Positions 37,710 through 48,048 of a DNA stretch of 64,000 bases are shown here, in pieces. The DNA is from a virus: the IMG/VR virus record IMGVR_UViG_3300025030_000045; one strand, 5' to 3'. A program made the position numbers and the translations under genes. The number at the start of each line of letters is the position of its first letter. The stretch's first letter is position 1. The notes beneath the pieces were generated by a model. It saw nothing but the letters and a program-made list of their open reading frames with translations, was not told the DNA's origin and ran no database searches.

Positions 37710-39233
37710 TTAGATTATGATTTTGAATGTTTCGTCACCAACAATACTTGATCTGTTGATCGGTGATTTATTCGCAACATAAAGAAGTTGTCCCAAATCA
37801 AACGAATATGTATCAGTGTTAAAGATGGTATGGGTTAAATCCTCCGAATACAATGTAGAAGAACATTCTGTACCAGTCGAATCTTTTGGTTTATATGATA
37901 CGAATATCTGGCGATATGTAGCCGATGTCGGTTCATCAGCGCCAAGACTCTTTTCAATCATAATGGACTCAAAAAGATTATCATGGGCAAAATTCAAATC
38001 GGTCGTTTTTACAAATGAAAGAACAACTGCTTCTCCGGTATCTACATCGGCACCGACGGTTAAATCCTCGAAGGTTAAATGAACGAGATCAAGATCTTCA
38101 TAAAAAGTCTTTTCATTTACATCAGCAAGAAGATGAATGAATTTAACATCGGCACTTTCAATTTTAACCAAACCAAGAACATCAAGCAATGACCGTGAAA
38201 CTTTTGTGTGGTTTGTGTACGTAAATTTTAATGCTGGTGGATTGTTGTCTGTTATTGGAGCGGTGATCGTGTAAAATGGAATACTCTCATTAAAGATACC
38301 TAGCTTATTGAATTCGTTCATACTTGCTGTTAGTCTGAAGTACCCATATGATATAGAATCGTTCTCGTTAATTTCATATGTAAAGATATGTGATGTTTGT
38401 CCAATATCATCAACTAAAGTTTCATACCAGGTGATCTTATCAAGAAGGACTGCGCCATCATCTTGCCCACCCGGATTATATTTAGTGAGGAAGAAATTCG
38501 CCCCGTGTATCGGTTCTAGGATGTCATTGAATGTTTCCGTCGTACCGGTGATAATCATTTCCCCATCAATATTCAAGGTTCTTTCTAAAATGATAGCCGA
38601 ACCTTGTAATGTTTGAAACGGTGCATCTGTTGGAAAAGCAGAATCCCCATATGAGGTCTTGAGTTGAACCTGTGTTACCAGGGCCGGGATGTTGTTGCTT
38701 AAGATTCTGTCAATTCTAAACATATTGGTAACATTTGCTTGGGAGTAATTAATGATGAAGTAGTCATAATCAATTCCCTGCTGATTAACGAGTTCAAACA
38801 CATATGTTGGATTGAGGCCAACAACACTCATCCATTCGTCGTTGACGTTATTGAGTAGAATTTCTCCGCTCGTACCAAAAATGTTTCCTATTTCAAAATC
38901 AAGTTCGCTGATGTTCGTAGGAACAGCTCCGTCCTTTATTTTACGACCGATAAAAATGCGTCGTTTAACATCAATGTCAAGTCCTTCATATGTAGAATTC
39001 TTATCATAAAATTTTATACTCTCGGTGCCGTTCGCGATATCCGTGTCTTGGTACATTACACCCGATGGCCATTCTCCACCAACGTTCGTAACTTTGATTA
39101 ATGAGACATTACCCCAAGACGGTTCTTTTCTAGCAAAACCGAGATAACATTTTTCACTCTTCAAAGCTTCGAAAAGAAAGAGATTTCTTGTTTTAATATA
39201 TTCACCAGATATAGTATTGAACTCGTTTATCAT
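37710..39233 (-). CDS. gp8: baseplate wedge protein (gp8-like, with insertion)
   Basis: YLGFARKEPSW N-terminal motif; YRQI..P...GQLLYVANKSPINRS..ETFKIII C-terminal motif. Confidence 0.72.
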   Translation of the reverse strand: MINEFNTISGEYIKTRNLFLFEALKSEKCYLGFARKEPSWGNVSLIKVTNVGGEWPSGVMYQDTDIANGTESIKFYDKNSTYEGLDIDVKRRIFIGRKIKDGAVPTNISELDFEIGNIFGTSGEILLNNVNDEWMSVVGLNPTYVFELVNQQGIDYDYFIINYSQANVTNMFRIDRILSNNIPALVTQVQLKTSYGDSAFPTDAPFQTLQGSAIILERTLNIDGEMIITGTTETFNDILEPIHGANFFLTKYNPGGQDDGAVLLDKITWYETLVDDIGQTSHIFTYEINENDSISYGYFRLTASMNEFNKLGIFNESIPFYTITAPITDNNPPALKFTYTNHTKVSRSLLDVLGLVKIESADVKFIHLLADVNEKTFYEDLDLVHLTFEDLTVGADVDTGEAVVLSFVKTTDLNFAHDNLFESIMIEKSLGADEPTSATYRQIFVSYKPKDSTGTECSSTLYSEDLTHTIFNTDTYSFDLGQLLYVANKSPINRSSIVGDETFKIII

Positions 39234-39243
39234 ATCAAATTCC

Positions 39244-41268
39244 TTAAAAAATTATGTCTTGTGGTGCATTAAATTCCCAATAACCATCACGACTATATGT
39301 AATATTTACTTTAAAATTTCCTTCATTTAGAACATTAAAATCAAAATCAACATTTGGACAACCCGTCTTTATAGTATTTATTTTCACATTGTCAAGATAG
39401 ATATTCCAAACGAATTCATTGGGAATATGAGTTATATTTTCTATGGCATCCGGTATTGCTGTTAAGTGTTTTGTTTTAACATTAGCATTATTAATCGTTG
39501 TTCCGATAATAAACGAATTAGCAACTTGAGCTGATATTACTGTTTCAGCATCAGCAAAATTTAATGTTGCTGAATAGATACCCAAACTAAAACGGCAATT
39601 ACCGAGAATTACTTTTTCGAAGCCAAGATTATTAAAACGCCAATCATTAGCATTCAGTGATGAACGGAATAAACTCGCATCATTCGTAAGGAATTTACCA
39701 AAGATAAAATTCTTCGAATTTGCTTGACCTGTTGGTTCTATGTTATCATTATAAACGATGTTGGGAATGATATAAATCTCTTGCCAACCTATAGGGTGAC
39801 ATAGTGGTTTGATAGATTTTTCCCAGTAGTCGCGGGGCATATCTGTTGTTATTCTATAGACAAAATTAAGCAATGGGTCTGCTTCGACAGAGATAAAATT
39901 AAAGCCACCTAGCTTAGAAAACATATCAATGAGTAACTTTATGTGCAGATAATTACCCTTAAAAGCATTCATATGAGCTGCATTTTTAATCAAAAGTAGT
40001 ATCAGATTTTTGATTACTAATTCATCATAAACAAAATTAACATCTTCTTCGGCTCTTTTCTTTTGAACCGCGATGATGTCATTGATGTAATTTACATATT
40101 CTGGAATGAACTGCCCGATATATTTTTCAAGAATAACATCTGCATTATTGAACTGAATTTTAATTGGACTATTCTTTGAATCTAAAACGATGTCATATGT
40201 TCCTTCGTCTGTATTAAATTCAGCAACATCATATTCAAAATTAAAATTATCTCCTTTAAGGATTGCACTATCAACATCAACCAATGAACCCATATTCATC
40301 AATTTGCTATAGATATCATTGGAGAAACTGTTAAAGATATCACCACTGATTAATGCTACTTCTACTGGGTCAGATTGTGTGTTAAATAGCTGGGTGAATT
40401 CAGCAACATTATTACCGTTAGTATCTTTGATAAAGGAAAAAATATCATTCGTCTCGACATTACTAATTTCAAGAATATACGAACAATCGTAGCTAAATTC
40501 GGGTACGACGATCCGCATGATAACAGAACTATCAAAGGTGATATTTAGTGGAACGATTATATTGTCTTCCATCTCGTTCGGTACGATTTTTGTAAGGCGG
40601 ACCGTCTTCGTAGTAACAGATGTCTGATCGACGTCGGCCGAGAAAGTCACAAATAGTATTTTCTCTGCCACGGGATAAGATATTATTTCACCAAATGCTG
40701 GGGACAAGTCTTCAAAGGTAACATCTGTCACAATCGTCTGCATAACGTCGGCTGTATTATATGCAATATTAATTGAAGTATAATATGCAGTTTTTGCAAT
40801 TGCATAAATCTTCAGTGCCGTTGTCCCATTAAGAAAACTAGCGCTTAACGGTGTGCTGTTAATAAGCAGATCATTTTCGTAATAATCGATGTTACCAGCT
40901 CCATCGAAAATTATCTTATATGCGATGTTCTGACTATCATGTTCGAGAACAGCACCATTCCACTTCTTAATACCGTTCTCGATAATACTTACTTTACCAT
41001 TTTCAAAAATGAAGCCGAATTCAAGACTGTCGGTTCCGACAACGGTGTTAAAGTTTACCGAAGACAAACCAATCGCATAGGCAGACGCCTCACCCGGATT
41101 AACATTATGATAGACGAGGAGGCCGGCATTAAGAACATCTGTATTGAAGACATCACCACTGCTTGCCTTTGAGGTCCAGGTCGGCGGACTATTCTGCGTT
41201 TTTGTTAGTCCGCTGAATTCATCCACTATGAAATTCGTTATATTTGTCCAATGAACCGATGAGAACAT
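39244..41268 (-). CDS. gp7: baseplate wedge protein (gp7-like)
   Basis: FKGN..HIKLL and YRITTDMPRDYW.K.IKPLCHPIGW motifs; located between gp6 and gp8. Confidence 0.62.
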   Translation of the reverse strand: MFSSVHWTNITNFIVDEFSGLTKTQNSPPTWTSKASSGDVFNTDVLNAGLLVYHNVNPGEASAYAIGLSSVNFNTVVGTDSLEFGFIFENGKVSIIENGIKKWNGAVLEHDSQNIAYKIIFDGAGNIDYYENDLLINSTPLSASFLNGTTALKIYAIAKTAYYTSINIAYNTADVMQTIVTDVTFEDLSPAFGEIISYPVAEKILFVTFSADVDQTSVTTKTVRLTKIVPNEMEDNIIVPLNITFDSSVIMRIVVPEFSYDCSYILEISNVETNDIFSFIKDTNGNNVAEFTQLFNTQSDPVEVALISGDIFNSFSNDIYSKLMNMGSLVDVDSAILKGDNFNFEYDVAEFNTDEGTYDIVLDSKNSPIKIQFNNADVILEKYIGQFIPEYVNYINDIIAVQKKRAEEDVNFVYDELVIKNLILLLIKNAAHMNAFKGNYLHIKLLIDMFSKLGGFNFISVEADPLLNFVYRITTDMPRDYWEKSIKPLCHPIGWQEIYIIPNIVYNDNIEPTGQANSKNFIFGKFLTNDASLFRSSLNANDWRFNNLGFEKVILGNCRFSLGIYSATLNFADAETVISAQVANSFIIGTTINNANVKTKHLTAIPDAIENITHIPNEFVWNIYLDNVKINTIKTGCPNVDFDFNVLNEGNFKVNITYSRDGYWEFNAPQDIIF

Positions 41269-41290
41269 AATTTCTCCGATGATTAAATTT

Positions 41291-42115
41291 TTATGAAATG
41301 ACTATAGTTCGCGGGGAGAGGAGTTTTGTGATTTCAACATCCGCCTTTTTTGTTCTAATTATCAAGCGGCATAGATAGTCTTTTGTTGCATCTGGGTAAA
41401 TATGATAAATTGGAGTATTATCATTTTTTAAGACCATTGCATTAGTTGTTTCACTATTGTTTAAATTTTCATTATCACCAAAATCCCAGATATATAACAC
41501 ATCAGCCCCGATTACCCCAGTTATATTTGCTTCTAGGGTAATGTCTCCTTCTGTAACTGTTTCCACCTCAATGACGTTTATGTCAGCTGTAAATTTTGGT
41601 TCAAAATATTCATTTTCCTTAACAGGATTAGCATCGAGCATTGAAAGAAATTGTGTTATAAAATCTGGTAAAACAGGAAAATTCTGATAGAAACTTTGTG
41701 GAAAGAAATTCCCGGCAACAAGCGAAAGGGGCGGTTTGATATTTATGATTACATCACCATAAACACGAAATGCTGTTAGAACAAAATCAACAGAGTTTTT
41801 GATACTGATGCGGATGAAAATAAATTCTCCACTATATCCATCATACACACCACTGGTTGGTAGAAGTTCTTTCCACACAAGATTGTCGACTGATCGTTCG
41901 ATCTTAACGTCTGCGATTCCCGTGAATTCTAATTCTACTTTTTGTAGGAACAGCGGCTCAAGAACATTTAGTTTTAACCAATGTTCTTGAGCCGTAGGAA
42001 CCGACCAAGAAAAGCTTTTACGAACATTATAAGTGGTATCAGCGAGGTCGCCGCTTAATTGGCCACCAGATACACTTATAAGATTATTTTTTTCTGCAAC
42101 ATAGTCAATTATCAT
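41291..42115 (-). CDS. baseplate-associated protein with PKD-like domain
   Basis: YIWDFGD...PIYHIY PKD motif; FPQSFYQNFP..PDFI segment. Confidence 0.65.
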   Translation of the reverse strand: MIIDYVAEKNNLISVSGGQLSGDLADTTYNVRKSFSWSVPTAQEHWLKLNVLEPLFLQKVELEFTGIADVKIERSVDNLVWKELLPTSGVYDGYSGEFIFIRISIKNSVDFVLTAFRVYGDVIINIKPPLSLVAGNFFPQSFYQNFPVLPDFITQFLSMLDANPVKENEYFEPKFTADINVIEVETVTEGDITLEANITGVIGADVLYIWDFGDNENLNNSETTNAMVLKNDNTPIYHIYPDATKDYLCRLIIRTKKADVEITKLLSPRTIVIS

Positions 42116-42117
42116 TT

Positions 42118-45100
42118 TTACACCAGTACAATAGTGGGTTCGTTGATATTCACGCGGATGACCTGGTTAAAGCGACAATCAAAATCAGAGATTACGCCGA
42201 TGATGTTTCCTGTTGTTGAATCATACTCATTATCTGGTATGATCCTCAAAATATCAACTTTATTTTCGCTTTCGCTGTAATTATCAAACAGCGATTTTAT
42301 ATTAGTTACAGCAACCTCTTCATCATTATAGAAACCGTTGATATTTAGGTTAAAATTGACGGTACCAAGATTATATTGGAATAGACCAAGTTCTGAATCA
42401 TGAAAAACATCAAATGCATATAATGCAACACCGGTGAATGTATTACCGAGTTCATCTGTCTTTCTGAACGGTTCAATTACCACATTTTCTCTAAGTCCTA
42501 ATCTTCTAAGTGATTTGGTGTTTGTTGAGTTAATGACTACGCTATAGTCACTTGCACCATATGTTGGCCCATCCCAAGTAATTGTGAGGAGATCTGTTGC
42601 ATCCTCTTCACCCGGGAAGATATAACTCAAAACAGTTTCATTCGTAGAATCAGCATTTGCAAAAGGAACTTCATCAAATGAAGCTAGGAAAGGCAATGAC
42701 CATGCTGCCCCGTCATATTTGAATTCCGCTATCTTTGTTTTGCCCCACAATTTCATTGAAGAAATCGAGTTAATAATGTCGACGAATATGAAGCTCTCCC
42801 CAACAGAAGCCCCAGTCGCTTCGTTGAATGAGGCGACGATTCCATTATCGGCGAGGAATTGCAATGTATCTGCAGATGGGGTGCCAAAGGTGAAAATTTC
42901 GTCCCCAATATCCTCACCAAGACCACCGTCGGGCTTGGTGTATATAACCGTACATATTGTGGTCTTATCGGCCAGAGTCCCTTTTTTGAACTTGAGCTCA
43001 TATTCTGTTTCAAGCGGACCGAGTACATTACCGGTTGGCTCGAAGTAAACATAGAACAACGAACCATCTTCACCGAAGAAATTGTACTTATATGTTGTGA
43101 GTTCGAATTCGTCATTGATGTTCTTGGTGACGTTGAACTTCAAAATCTTGGCACCAAGCGTATCACTGTTATACAATGCACGATTAAGATTCTTATGGGT
43201 TATTTTCCCATAAATTGATGATTGTTCTGGTTGGAGATTCGTTGTCTTAAAGTCATTCGTCAACACGAAAACAATTTTACCGGTGCTTAGCGTCTTTAGT
43301 TCAGCGGCGCTGATACCAGCATCTGCCAATGTTGCAACATAATCTCCCGTGTCTGTAAAATTGATAGAATCCCCGACGATTGATAATGTACCAATTGAGA
43401 AAGATTCTCCTTCTGATGTCTTGATAAAAATATCATCATCGACGATCTCTACCCAACAAGACTTGTTGCCCTCGTACCAAACAGTTTTATTCTTTTCTGT
43501 TGCACTAATCTTGTTGTCCGGGAATGTATATGATAATGCACTGTTTAGGATTTTAACACCGAACACATCAATTTCATTACCAGAGATTTCATCGATAATT
43601 GTGCCACTGTTTAACTGATCGATGATATTTTTATTCTTCTTAAGAAAGTTTGTTGTTATTTTGTTTCCGTTTACGCCTTTAGTATAATTACCACTTGGGT
43701 CCTTTAGGAAACGAACTGGTAATTGCATCTGCGCTGACTTGATGTTATAGAAACTATTATCATTTAATACAACATAGTAGTCGCTGAAAATCTTGGAAGA
43801 AAGTACACCGTTTGTTTCTTCAATTGCCGAAGCAATTTTTGATGCGCGGTAACTAACACCAAAGTCCATGAGGTTTTCAGAGAAATATTTTGCAGCATTT
43901 TCCCGAGCAGATGTAACGATCGAATCTTGCTCCTTTTGTGTAAGAGTGGCAGAGATGTCAATTCGAGGGGAGATGTCAAGATAAACATACGTCGGCTTCA
44001 AAAAGAATTTTCTTGTTGCGATGATACCGATATTTTTCATTGAGGCGAGGATTTCATCTTCCTCGGTCGTATCAAGAAAAATCCGTTCGTTGTCAATCAA
44101 AGATATGTTTGCATCCAATGGCGGAATACATGTCACGTATGCATCACCCAAGTAATCACGATCGCCTGGCTTTAATAAATCTCCACCGATGATATTATAA
44201 TACTCAGCAACAGCAGAGAATGTATCGCTAAGAACGGTTCTAAAGTCATTCTCTGTTACACCTCGGCCGGCCGCAGCAAAATATCTCGGGGCATTCTCCC
44301 TAATTTCTTCAATACTTTCGGCATCTTTGCCGCCGAATGATTTTGAACTCGAGAGAGTTTCAAATGTAAGTTTGGTGAGGTCAATTGATGAAATATCGAA
44401 TGATTTATTTGGGACAAGATTCGTTGGAATGCTGATCCCAGTTTCACCGTTCCCAGCAGCACCGATTGTCTCAAGATATTCAACGATGATGGTCTCTGTC
44501 GTGGAAGGAATTTGGCCAATGAGGCCATTTCCGAAAATGAATTTCGGATACCCATTAACAATATCTTCCTCGACAAAATAAATTTTACTACGAGTGATAT
44601 CAAAGAACGTCTTAGACACGTCCCATTTCATTTTGGAATAATCTGGTTCATTTGTATTCTTAACAAACAAAGAAACGTTATTTTCGTCGATGAACTTATT
44701 AGGGATTGTGAATGCTTGCATAGAGGCACCACCACCAAAAGTTCTATACTCGTTAAATGCACCCTGATATAGCGTCGTCGAACCCGAAAGTGAGGTCGGG
44801 TCCTTCTCGTCGAAAGATAATACAATCGGTGTGATGTTGACAAATGATTGCCCGTTTTTAATCCCCGGGAATATAGTTTTTGGTGGAATTATAATACGGC
44901 TGCTCTTATTAAAGGTAGCCGTTCCCTGATACTTGAATTTACCGGGGAGCCGAGCTGCTCTTGCTCGTTTCGGTCTGTAACCCATACTCTTGGCGATTGA
45001 AATTGCATTCTTTCTAAGAGTAGTTGTATCAATGAAGTTATCATTAGCAATGGTTGATACTTGATAAGACATCAGCATCGTAACATACGCCATCGTATCA

Positions 45101-45225
45101 ATGATGTAGGCCAGATTGCTACCCTTATAATCAAACTCGGCGGTATACTTACCTTTACTCTTTAGAAATTCGACAACCTGCTGACGAACATCTTCGTATC
45201 TAATTGCATTGAGGGTAAATTGCAT
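42118..45225 (-). CDS. gp6: baseplate wedge protein (extended)
   Basis: FDYKGSNL..IID..AY, FIDTTTLRKN..SIAK.MGYRP, FGNG.IG, GGKDAESIEEIRENAPR and VTENDF motifs. Confidence 0.93.
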   Translation of the reverse strand: MQFTLNAIRYEDVRQQVVEFLKSKGKYTAEFDYKGSNLAYIIDTMAYVTMLMSYQVSTIANDNFIDTTTLRKNAISIAKSMGYRPKRARAARLPGKFKYQGTATFNKSSRIIIPPKTIFPGIKNGQSFVNITPIVLSFDEKDPTSLSGSTTLYQGAFNEYRTFGGGASMQAFTIPNKFIDENNVSLFVKNTNEPDYSKMKWDVSKTFFDITRSKIYFVEEDIVNGYPKFIFGNGLIGQIPSTTETIIVEYLETIGAAGNGETGISIPTNLVPNKSFDISSIDLTKLTFETLSSSKSFGGKDAESIEEIRENAPRYFAAAGRGVTENDFRTVLSDTFSAVAEYYNIIGGDLLKPGDRDYLGDAYVTCIPPLDANISLIDNERIFLDTTEEDEILASMKNIGIIATRKFFLKPTYVYLDISPRIDISATLTQKEQDSIVTSARENAAKYFSENLMDFGVSYRASKIASAIEETNGVLSSKIFSDYYVVLNDNSFYNIKSAQMQLPVRFLKDPSGNYTKGVNGNKITTNFLKKNKNIIDQLNSGTIIDEISGNEIDVFGVKILNSALSYTFPDNKISATEKNKTVWYEGNKSCWVEIVDDDIFIKTSEGESFSIGTLSIVGDSINFTDTGDYVATLADAGISAAELKTLSTGKIVFVLTNDFKTTNLQPEQSSIYGKITHKNLNRALYNSDTLGAKILKFNVTKNINDEFELTTYKYNFFGEDGSLFYVYFEPTGNVLGPLETEYELKFKKGTLADKTTICTVIYTKPDGGLGEDIGDEIFTFGTPSADTLQFLADNGIVASFNEATGASVGESFIFVDIINSISSMKLWGKTKIAEFKYDGAAWSLPFLASFDEVPFANADSTNETVLSYIFPGEEDATDLLTITWDGPTYGASDYSVVINSTNTKSLRRLGLRENVVIEPFRKTDELGNTFTGVALYAFDVFHDSELGLFQYNLGTVNFNLNINGFYNDEEVAVTNIKSLFDNYSESENKVDILRIIPDNEYDSTTGNIIGVISDFDCRFNQVIRVNINEPTIVLV

Positions 45226-45237
45226 TGTCTTTTCCTC

Positions 45238-45645
45238 TTATCTAATTTTATTGAGCTTGGTTGACAGTGTTAAAACATTCTTATTAGTGTTGACATTAAA
45301 AACAATGGTGATCTCAAATGTGTATTCATCTGGTAATGGTGTTACAATGATGTCGAGATTTTCTATTCTCGTTTCATCTCTCTTCAGTGCAGAAAGAATT
45401 TCATCTGCAATTCTACTAGCATACCAAATTGTGATATGTTGAAATAGGAATTGGTTGAGATTACAGCCAAATGTAGGGTTCATTACTCGTTCTGTTGGTT
45501 GTGTTAAAATTATGTTAAACACTGATTCCAAAACTGACTGTTCGTTAGTCAAAATCTCAACATCGGAATTAGTCTCAGAGACAGTAATCCCTTCTTTGTT
45601 GATGTCAAAATAAATGATGTCTTTGAACTGTGATATCGCGGTCAT
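45238..45645 (-). CDS. gp25: baseplate wedge subunit
   Basis: SV..SV.NIILT...ER.MNPTFGC.L...LF and ETRI motifs. Confidence 0.9.
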   Translation of the reverse strand: MTAISQFKDIIYFDINKEGITVSETNSDVEILTNEQSVLESVFNIILTQPTERVMNPTFGCNLNQFLFQHITIWYASRIADEILSALKRDETRIENLDIIVTPLPDEYTFEITIVFNVNTNKNVLTLSTKLNKIR

Positions 45646-45673
45646 AAATTTCCTCTAAACTAAGACTTTAATT

Positions 45674-45681
45674 TATTTATT
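45674..45681 (-). promoter_or_regulatory. late promoter variant AATAAATA
   Basis: Lies between the gp32 terminator and gp25. Confidence 0.6.
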
Positions 45682-45687
45682 TCACTC

Positions 45688-45719
45688 CAAAGGGGACTGC
45701 TTTAAAGCAGTCCCCTTTG
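45688..45719 (-). terminator. terminator; perfect 32-bp palindrome
   Basis: caaaggggactgcttt|aaagcagtcccctttg. Confidence 0.8.
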
Positions 45720-45744
45720 TGATGTTTCATGATGTAATGTTACG

Positions 45745-46692
45745 TTACTTGAGATTTTTGAAGAATGCCATATCAGCATCAACACCGGAACCACCACTCG
45801 TTTCGGTGGTTGTCGTTGTGTCGGTTTCCTCTTCAGTAGTCTCATCATCGCCACTGAGGAAAGGATTCTCTGTTTCAGAGGTTGTCGTGGTGGTTGTGGT
45901 AGTTTCTTTTTCCTCATCCTCACCAGAAGAAACAACTTCGCCGAGAAGGAATCCGACTTCTTCGATGACTTTCTCAACAGTCGGGTAATTCTTAGGATCA
46001 AGGAATTCCGAGAGTGCGTGAGTTTTGGTCATGAGCTCCGAAATCTTATCGTCATCACCTTTAAGAACTGGTGATTGGCTTGAGAATTCAGAATCGTCGT
46101 AGTTCGGGAATTCGCCCTGCATCTTGATCTTCAATTTGAAGTTTGCACCTTCATAAAGGTCAAAAGGAATGAACTGTACGAAATCCGGGTCTTCCTGATC
46201 AGTATCACTCGGGAAGAGAAGCTTCTCAATCTTTTCGTAAATCTTGGAACCATAACGGAACAAACGAACGGTGCCGTTATTCTCGGGATTCACGGGGTCG
46301 TTGACAATGAGAACATTGGAAACGAAGTTAAGACGACGTTTGCGGGCCTTTGCGATTTCTTTATCAGACTCATACGGAGAATTGAAATACTCTCCATTTT
46401 TCTTACAGACAGGGCAAGCGGGGTCCCAACCGAAAGTCGAGATGCAGTTGTTGATGTACCACTTTTGTGCACCGTCTTTTGTGTACTTGAATCCGTGGCT
46501 GTAGTACTTAACAAACGGGTTGCCTTCAGTGTCAGGAAGGAAACGGATCGTCCAGAAACCCTTACGATCTTTTGCTTTCCAGTCAGGATTCCAATAACGG
46601 TCATCCTTATAATTCTTACGGCCTTTTTCCTCTTCTGTTTTGATCTTTGTCTTGAGTTCATCCCAGTTAAACTTGAATGTGCCTTTGGCCAT
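45745..46692 (-). CDS. gp32: single-stranded DNA-binding protein
   Basis: DDRYW, IRFLP, YSHGF, WYINNCISTFG..CPVC, DPVNPENNG.V.LF.YG.KI, GANFKLK and NYDDSEF motifs; acidic tail; RBS aaggag at 46692. Confidence 0.95.
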   Translation of the reverse strand: MAKGTFKFNWDELKTKIKTEEEKGRKNYKDDRYWNPDWKAKDRKGFWTIRFLPDTEGNPFVKYYSHGFKYTKDGAQKWYINNCISTFGWDPACPVCKKNGEYFNSPYESDKEIAKARKRRLNFVSNVLIVNDPVNPENNGTVRLFRYGSKIYEKIEKLLFPSDTDQEDPDFVQFIPFDLYEGANFKLKIKMQGEFPNYDDSEFSSQSPVLKGDDDKISELMTKTHALSEFLDPKNYPTVEKVIEEVGFLLGEVVSSGEDEEKETTTTTTTTSETENPFLSGDDETTEEETDTTTTTETSGGSGVDADMAFFKNLK

Positions 46693-46782
46693 GGTGGTGC
46701 TCCTTTCGAGGGATATCAACCCTCATCTTTGGGTGTGCGCCCCGTAGGGCAGGGTATCGTCGAAAAACAATTTCGACAATAT

Positions 46783-46790
46783 TATTTATA
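46783..46790 (-). promoter_or_regulatory. T4-type late promoter TATAAATA upstream of gp32
   Basis: Exact consensus on the minus strand. Confidence 0.7.
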
Positions 46791-46857
46791 CTTTAGGCGT
46801 GGAAAAGAAGATTTTCTAGAGGGAAATTCTTTGGTGGGGTGGTACAGAGGAAGAGTA

Positions 46858-47817
46858 TTATAAACCAGATTGGTGGTGAATGTCAAGGATTGATTTACAG
46901 AAGGCATTAAAAAAATCTTCTATGTCAACGGTTGGCTCGAGTACAAATCCACCGGCCTGATCGTGCCCGCCACCAGTGACACCCGGGAGAATAGCATTCA
47001 CCCTTTCAGAGATATCGCTCATCTTCATTCCATTATTCAATCGAACCGAAAAATTTAATGTGTTTGAGGTTTTTTCCTTCAGCATCAAGTAGATATCGTA
47101 GTCGGGGAAGTCAACTGTCCAGTCATTACCCCATTCACCGCGAGCATCATAAACGAAGAGCAATTTGTATGGGTCAAGTGGAACATCAACCCTCTCAGCC
47201 GAATCTTGGTACTGTTTCTTTGCTGCTCGAAAATTTGATAAGAGCGCCTTTGTTTCTCTGTCGTAATCTAAAGAGCCAGAAATAAACTTACTGATGAACA
47301 TGTCTGTCTTGAAATGCCAGAAAAGAGCATTCAAATCCCAAGCGTCACTGAAGGAAGGAGCGTTTGTTCGCCACATATCATATACATCTGTGAGGAAAAC
47401 CATTTCCTTGACGTTGTCTAACTCAAAGCCGCCGTCAAGGAAGTATTCATAGGTTAACATAGACCCACAACGATCGCTGGCCCAGCGGTATATGAACCGT
47501 TCTTTATATTCAGCGTGGAGTTCCTCTAGATCATTGTGGTCCTCCCGCGGATGGTGGTCAATATAAATCAACCGGGCGACGCAGGAATCCTTTAGAATCG
47601 CTTCTAGCTCTTGTTTCTCGAGTCGAAGATCGGTAACGAATAAAACGAGTTCATCATGGCGACCTCTCCACAATATGTTCTTAAGCTTTTCAGCTAGCGG
47701 CTTCCCATAACCGGTTGCTTGGAGATCAAGATCATGGTTGGGTGGTAGACAATTCTTGATGACGATTGCGCAAACAATTCCGTCTGTATCATAGTGTGTG
47801 AGCTGGGCAATTTTCAT
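46858..47817 (-). CDS. DHH/DHHA1-family phosphoesterase
   Basis: THYDTDG, FVTDL, IDHH, FSVR and GGGHDQAGG motifs. Confidence 0.88.
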   Translation of the reverse strand: MKIAQLTHYDTDGIVCAIVIKNCLPPNHDLDLQATGYGKPLAEKLKNILWRGRHDELVLFVTDLRLEKQELEAILKDSCVARLIYIDHHPREDHNDLEELHAEYKERFIYRWASDRCGSMLTYEYFLDGGFELDNVKEMVFLTDVYDMWRTNAPSFSDAWDLNALFWHFKTDMFISKFISGSLDYDRETKALLSNFRAAKKQYQDSAERVDVPLDPYKLLFVYDARGEWGNDWTVDFPDYDIYLMLKEKTSNTLNFSVRLNNGMKMSDISERVNAILPGVTGGGHDQAGGFVLEPTVDIEDFFNAFCKSILDIHHQSGL

Positions 47818-48048
47818 TTATTCTGCTCCCATAAAATCTTCAATCGTTCCTTCGACTTTTTTGTTTCTGAAATATTTCTTCTTAACAAAATCTGTCTTTA
47901 GTTTATCAACGATGTTTGGATGAAGTTGTTCGACCAAATCCTCGATGTCAGCTATCTCATTTTCTTCTGCAAACTCAAGGACGGCTTCAATGTAGCTGCA
48001 CTTTTTAGTTGCAACCTTCCGTTCTATTTCGGTGGTGATGCTATCCAT
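47818..48048 (-). CDS. gp33: late-promoter transcription co-activator
   Basis: EIERKV....SYIEAV..FAEENEI...I.DKLK pattern; hydrophobic/acidic C-terminal clamp-binding-like tail. Confidence 0.8.
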   Translation of the reverse strand: MDSITTEIERKVATKKCSYIEAVLEFAEENEIADIEDLVEQLHPNIVDKLKTDFVKKKYFRNKKVEGTIEDFMGAE

